Position numbers and translations under genes: made by a program. DNA of 33,188 bases from Tepidisphaeraceae bacterium. Its GTDB lineage: Bacteria > Planctomycetota > Phycisphaerae > Tepidisphaerales > Tepidisphaeraceae. The notes under the pieces were generated by a model. The model did no database searches and was not told where the DNA came from. It saw only the letters and a program-made list of their open reading frames with translations. The stretch lies in the NCBI GenBank assembly GCA_036265245.1, contig DATAPK010000624.1:1-33188 (forward strand), in the 5' to 3' direction. Shown here one piece after another: positions 32,792 through 33,188 of this stretch (positions are counted from its first letter, which is position 1; every line of letters begins with the position of its first letter).

Positions 32792-33188
32792 ATGCCGAAC
32801 GAACGGTCAATTTTTCGTGTTGACCTTGAAAATCGTAGCCTTCAACAGGTCGGACGGAAGGCTCCACAAGAACTTGGTGCGCGCGAAAAGGATATTGAAG
32901 ATCTGCTGGTAAAAAAGCCGGAAATGATTTTCTCAGATCCCGATGCTGTCCTGATCATCGGGCGAGAAGTATCTGGGGAATCGATAGCGGATGTACTCGC
33001 CGTTGATAGCCAAGGCGATCTTATTGTTGTTGAACTCAAAAGAGCCGATTCGGACCGTAGCACAGTTGCTCAATTACTAGACTACGCCTCACGTCTCACG
33101 GATTGGGCATACGATCAATTTAACGAGCGATGGAAAAGAATTCGTGAAGGAAGCACTCGGAAGATTTATTCGAGGACTTCAAAGTTTT
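32792..33188 (+). CDS. Partial CDS (5' part only, runs off right edge): PD-(D/E)xK nuclease-like protein (NucS/DUF91-like core)
   Basis: Absent from the ORF track because it has no stop. ATG at 32792, 4 nt after the pgk stop. My translation: MPNERSIFRVDLENRSLQQVGRKAPQELGAREKDIEDLLVKKPEMIFSDPDAVLIIGREVSGESIADVLAVDSQGDLIVVELKRADSDRSTVAQLLDYASRLTDWAYDQFNERWKRIREGSTRKIYSRTSKF. The stretch IADVLAVD..G.LIVVELKR....V.QLL.Y matches the D...(D/E)xK nuclease-core pattern. The gene is more AT-rich than pgk. Confidence 0.6.
   Translation, partial: MPNERSIFRVDLENRSLQQVGRKAPQELGAREKDIEDLLVKKPEMIFSDPDAVLIIGREVSGESIADVLAVDSQGDLIVVELKRADSDRSTVAQLLDYASRLTDWAYDQFNERWKRIREGSTRKIYSRTSKF

Noticed and set aside
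32842-33063. 73-aa minus-strand ORF at the right end
   Set aside because: It is antisense to the longer open frame with a clear PD-(D/E)xK motif that starts at 32792. The translation is Ser-rich low complexity.

Overview
High-GC bacterial chromosomal segment. PEP-CTERM protein, a GT-C/TPR membrane protein and palindromic intergenic repeats suggest Planctomycetota or Verrucomicrobiota, but taxon cannot be determined here. Most of the window is ordinary metabolism and transport. Left to right: a marR-yceI operon continuing into a partial membrane-protein gene at the left edge, and a stand-alone PilZ gene. Then a minus-strand rhamnose/uronate cluster (kduI, DUF4861-like, rhaM, rhamnose-type ABC transporter with a fused ATPase-permease). 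Then a plus-strand block of ABC ATPase, mmsA, MBL hydrolase, solute-binding protein and double permease, followed by STAS, higBA, a TrkH/KtrB-type transporter, hisI and pgk. No rRNA, tRNA, CRISPR array, transposase or integrase was recognised. The best candidate for an interesting system is an AT-shifted single gene at 3028-5517. It encodes an N-terminal SIR2_2-type NADase-like domain, a P-loop STAND-like NTPase and a long helical C-terminus, an architecture resembling Avs-type anti-phage sensors. Its start abuts an unusual ~0.55-kb GC-rich array with 21-nt periodicity. A second, partly inverted copy of that array lies ~26 kb away at 28251-28602. Other non-genic structure includes an 8 x 20-bp phased array (ATTAGCGAAG core) in a divergent promoter region. 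Two families of ~80-120-nt palindromic repeats fill almost every intercistronic gap of two operons. A PD-(D/E)xK nuclease-like gene is cut by the right edge. All functional calls come from reading the translations for motifs; no database search was possible.
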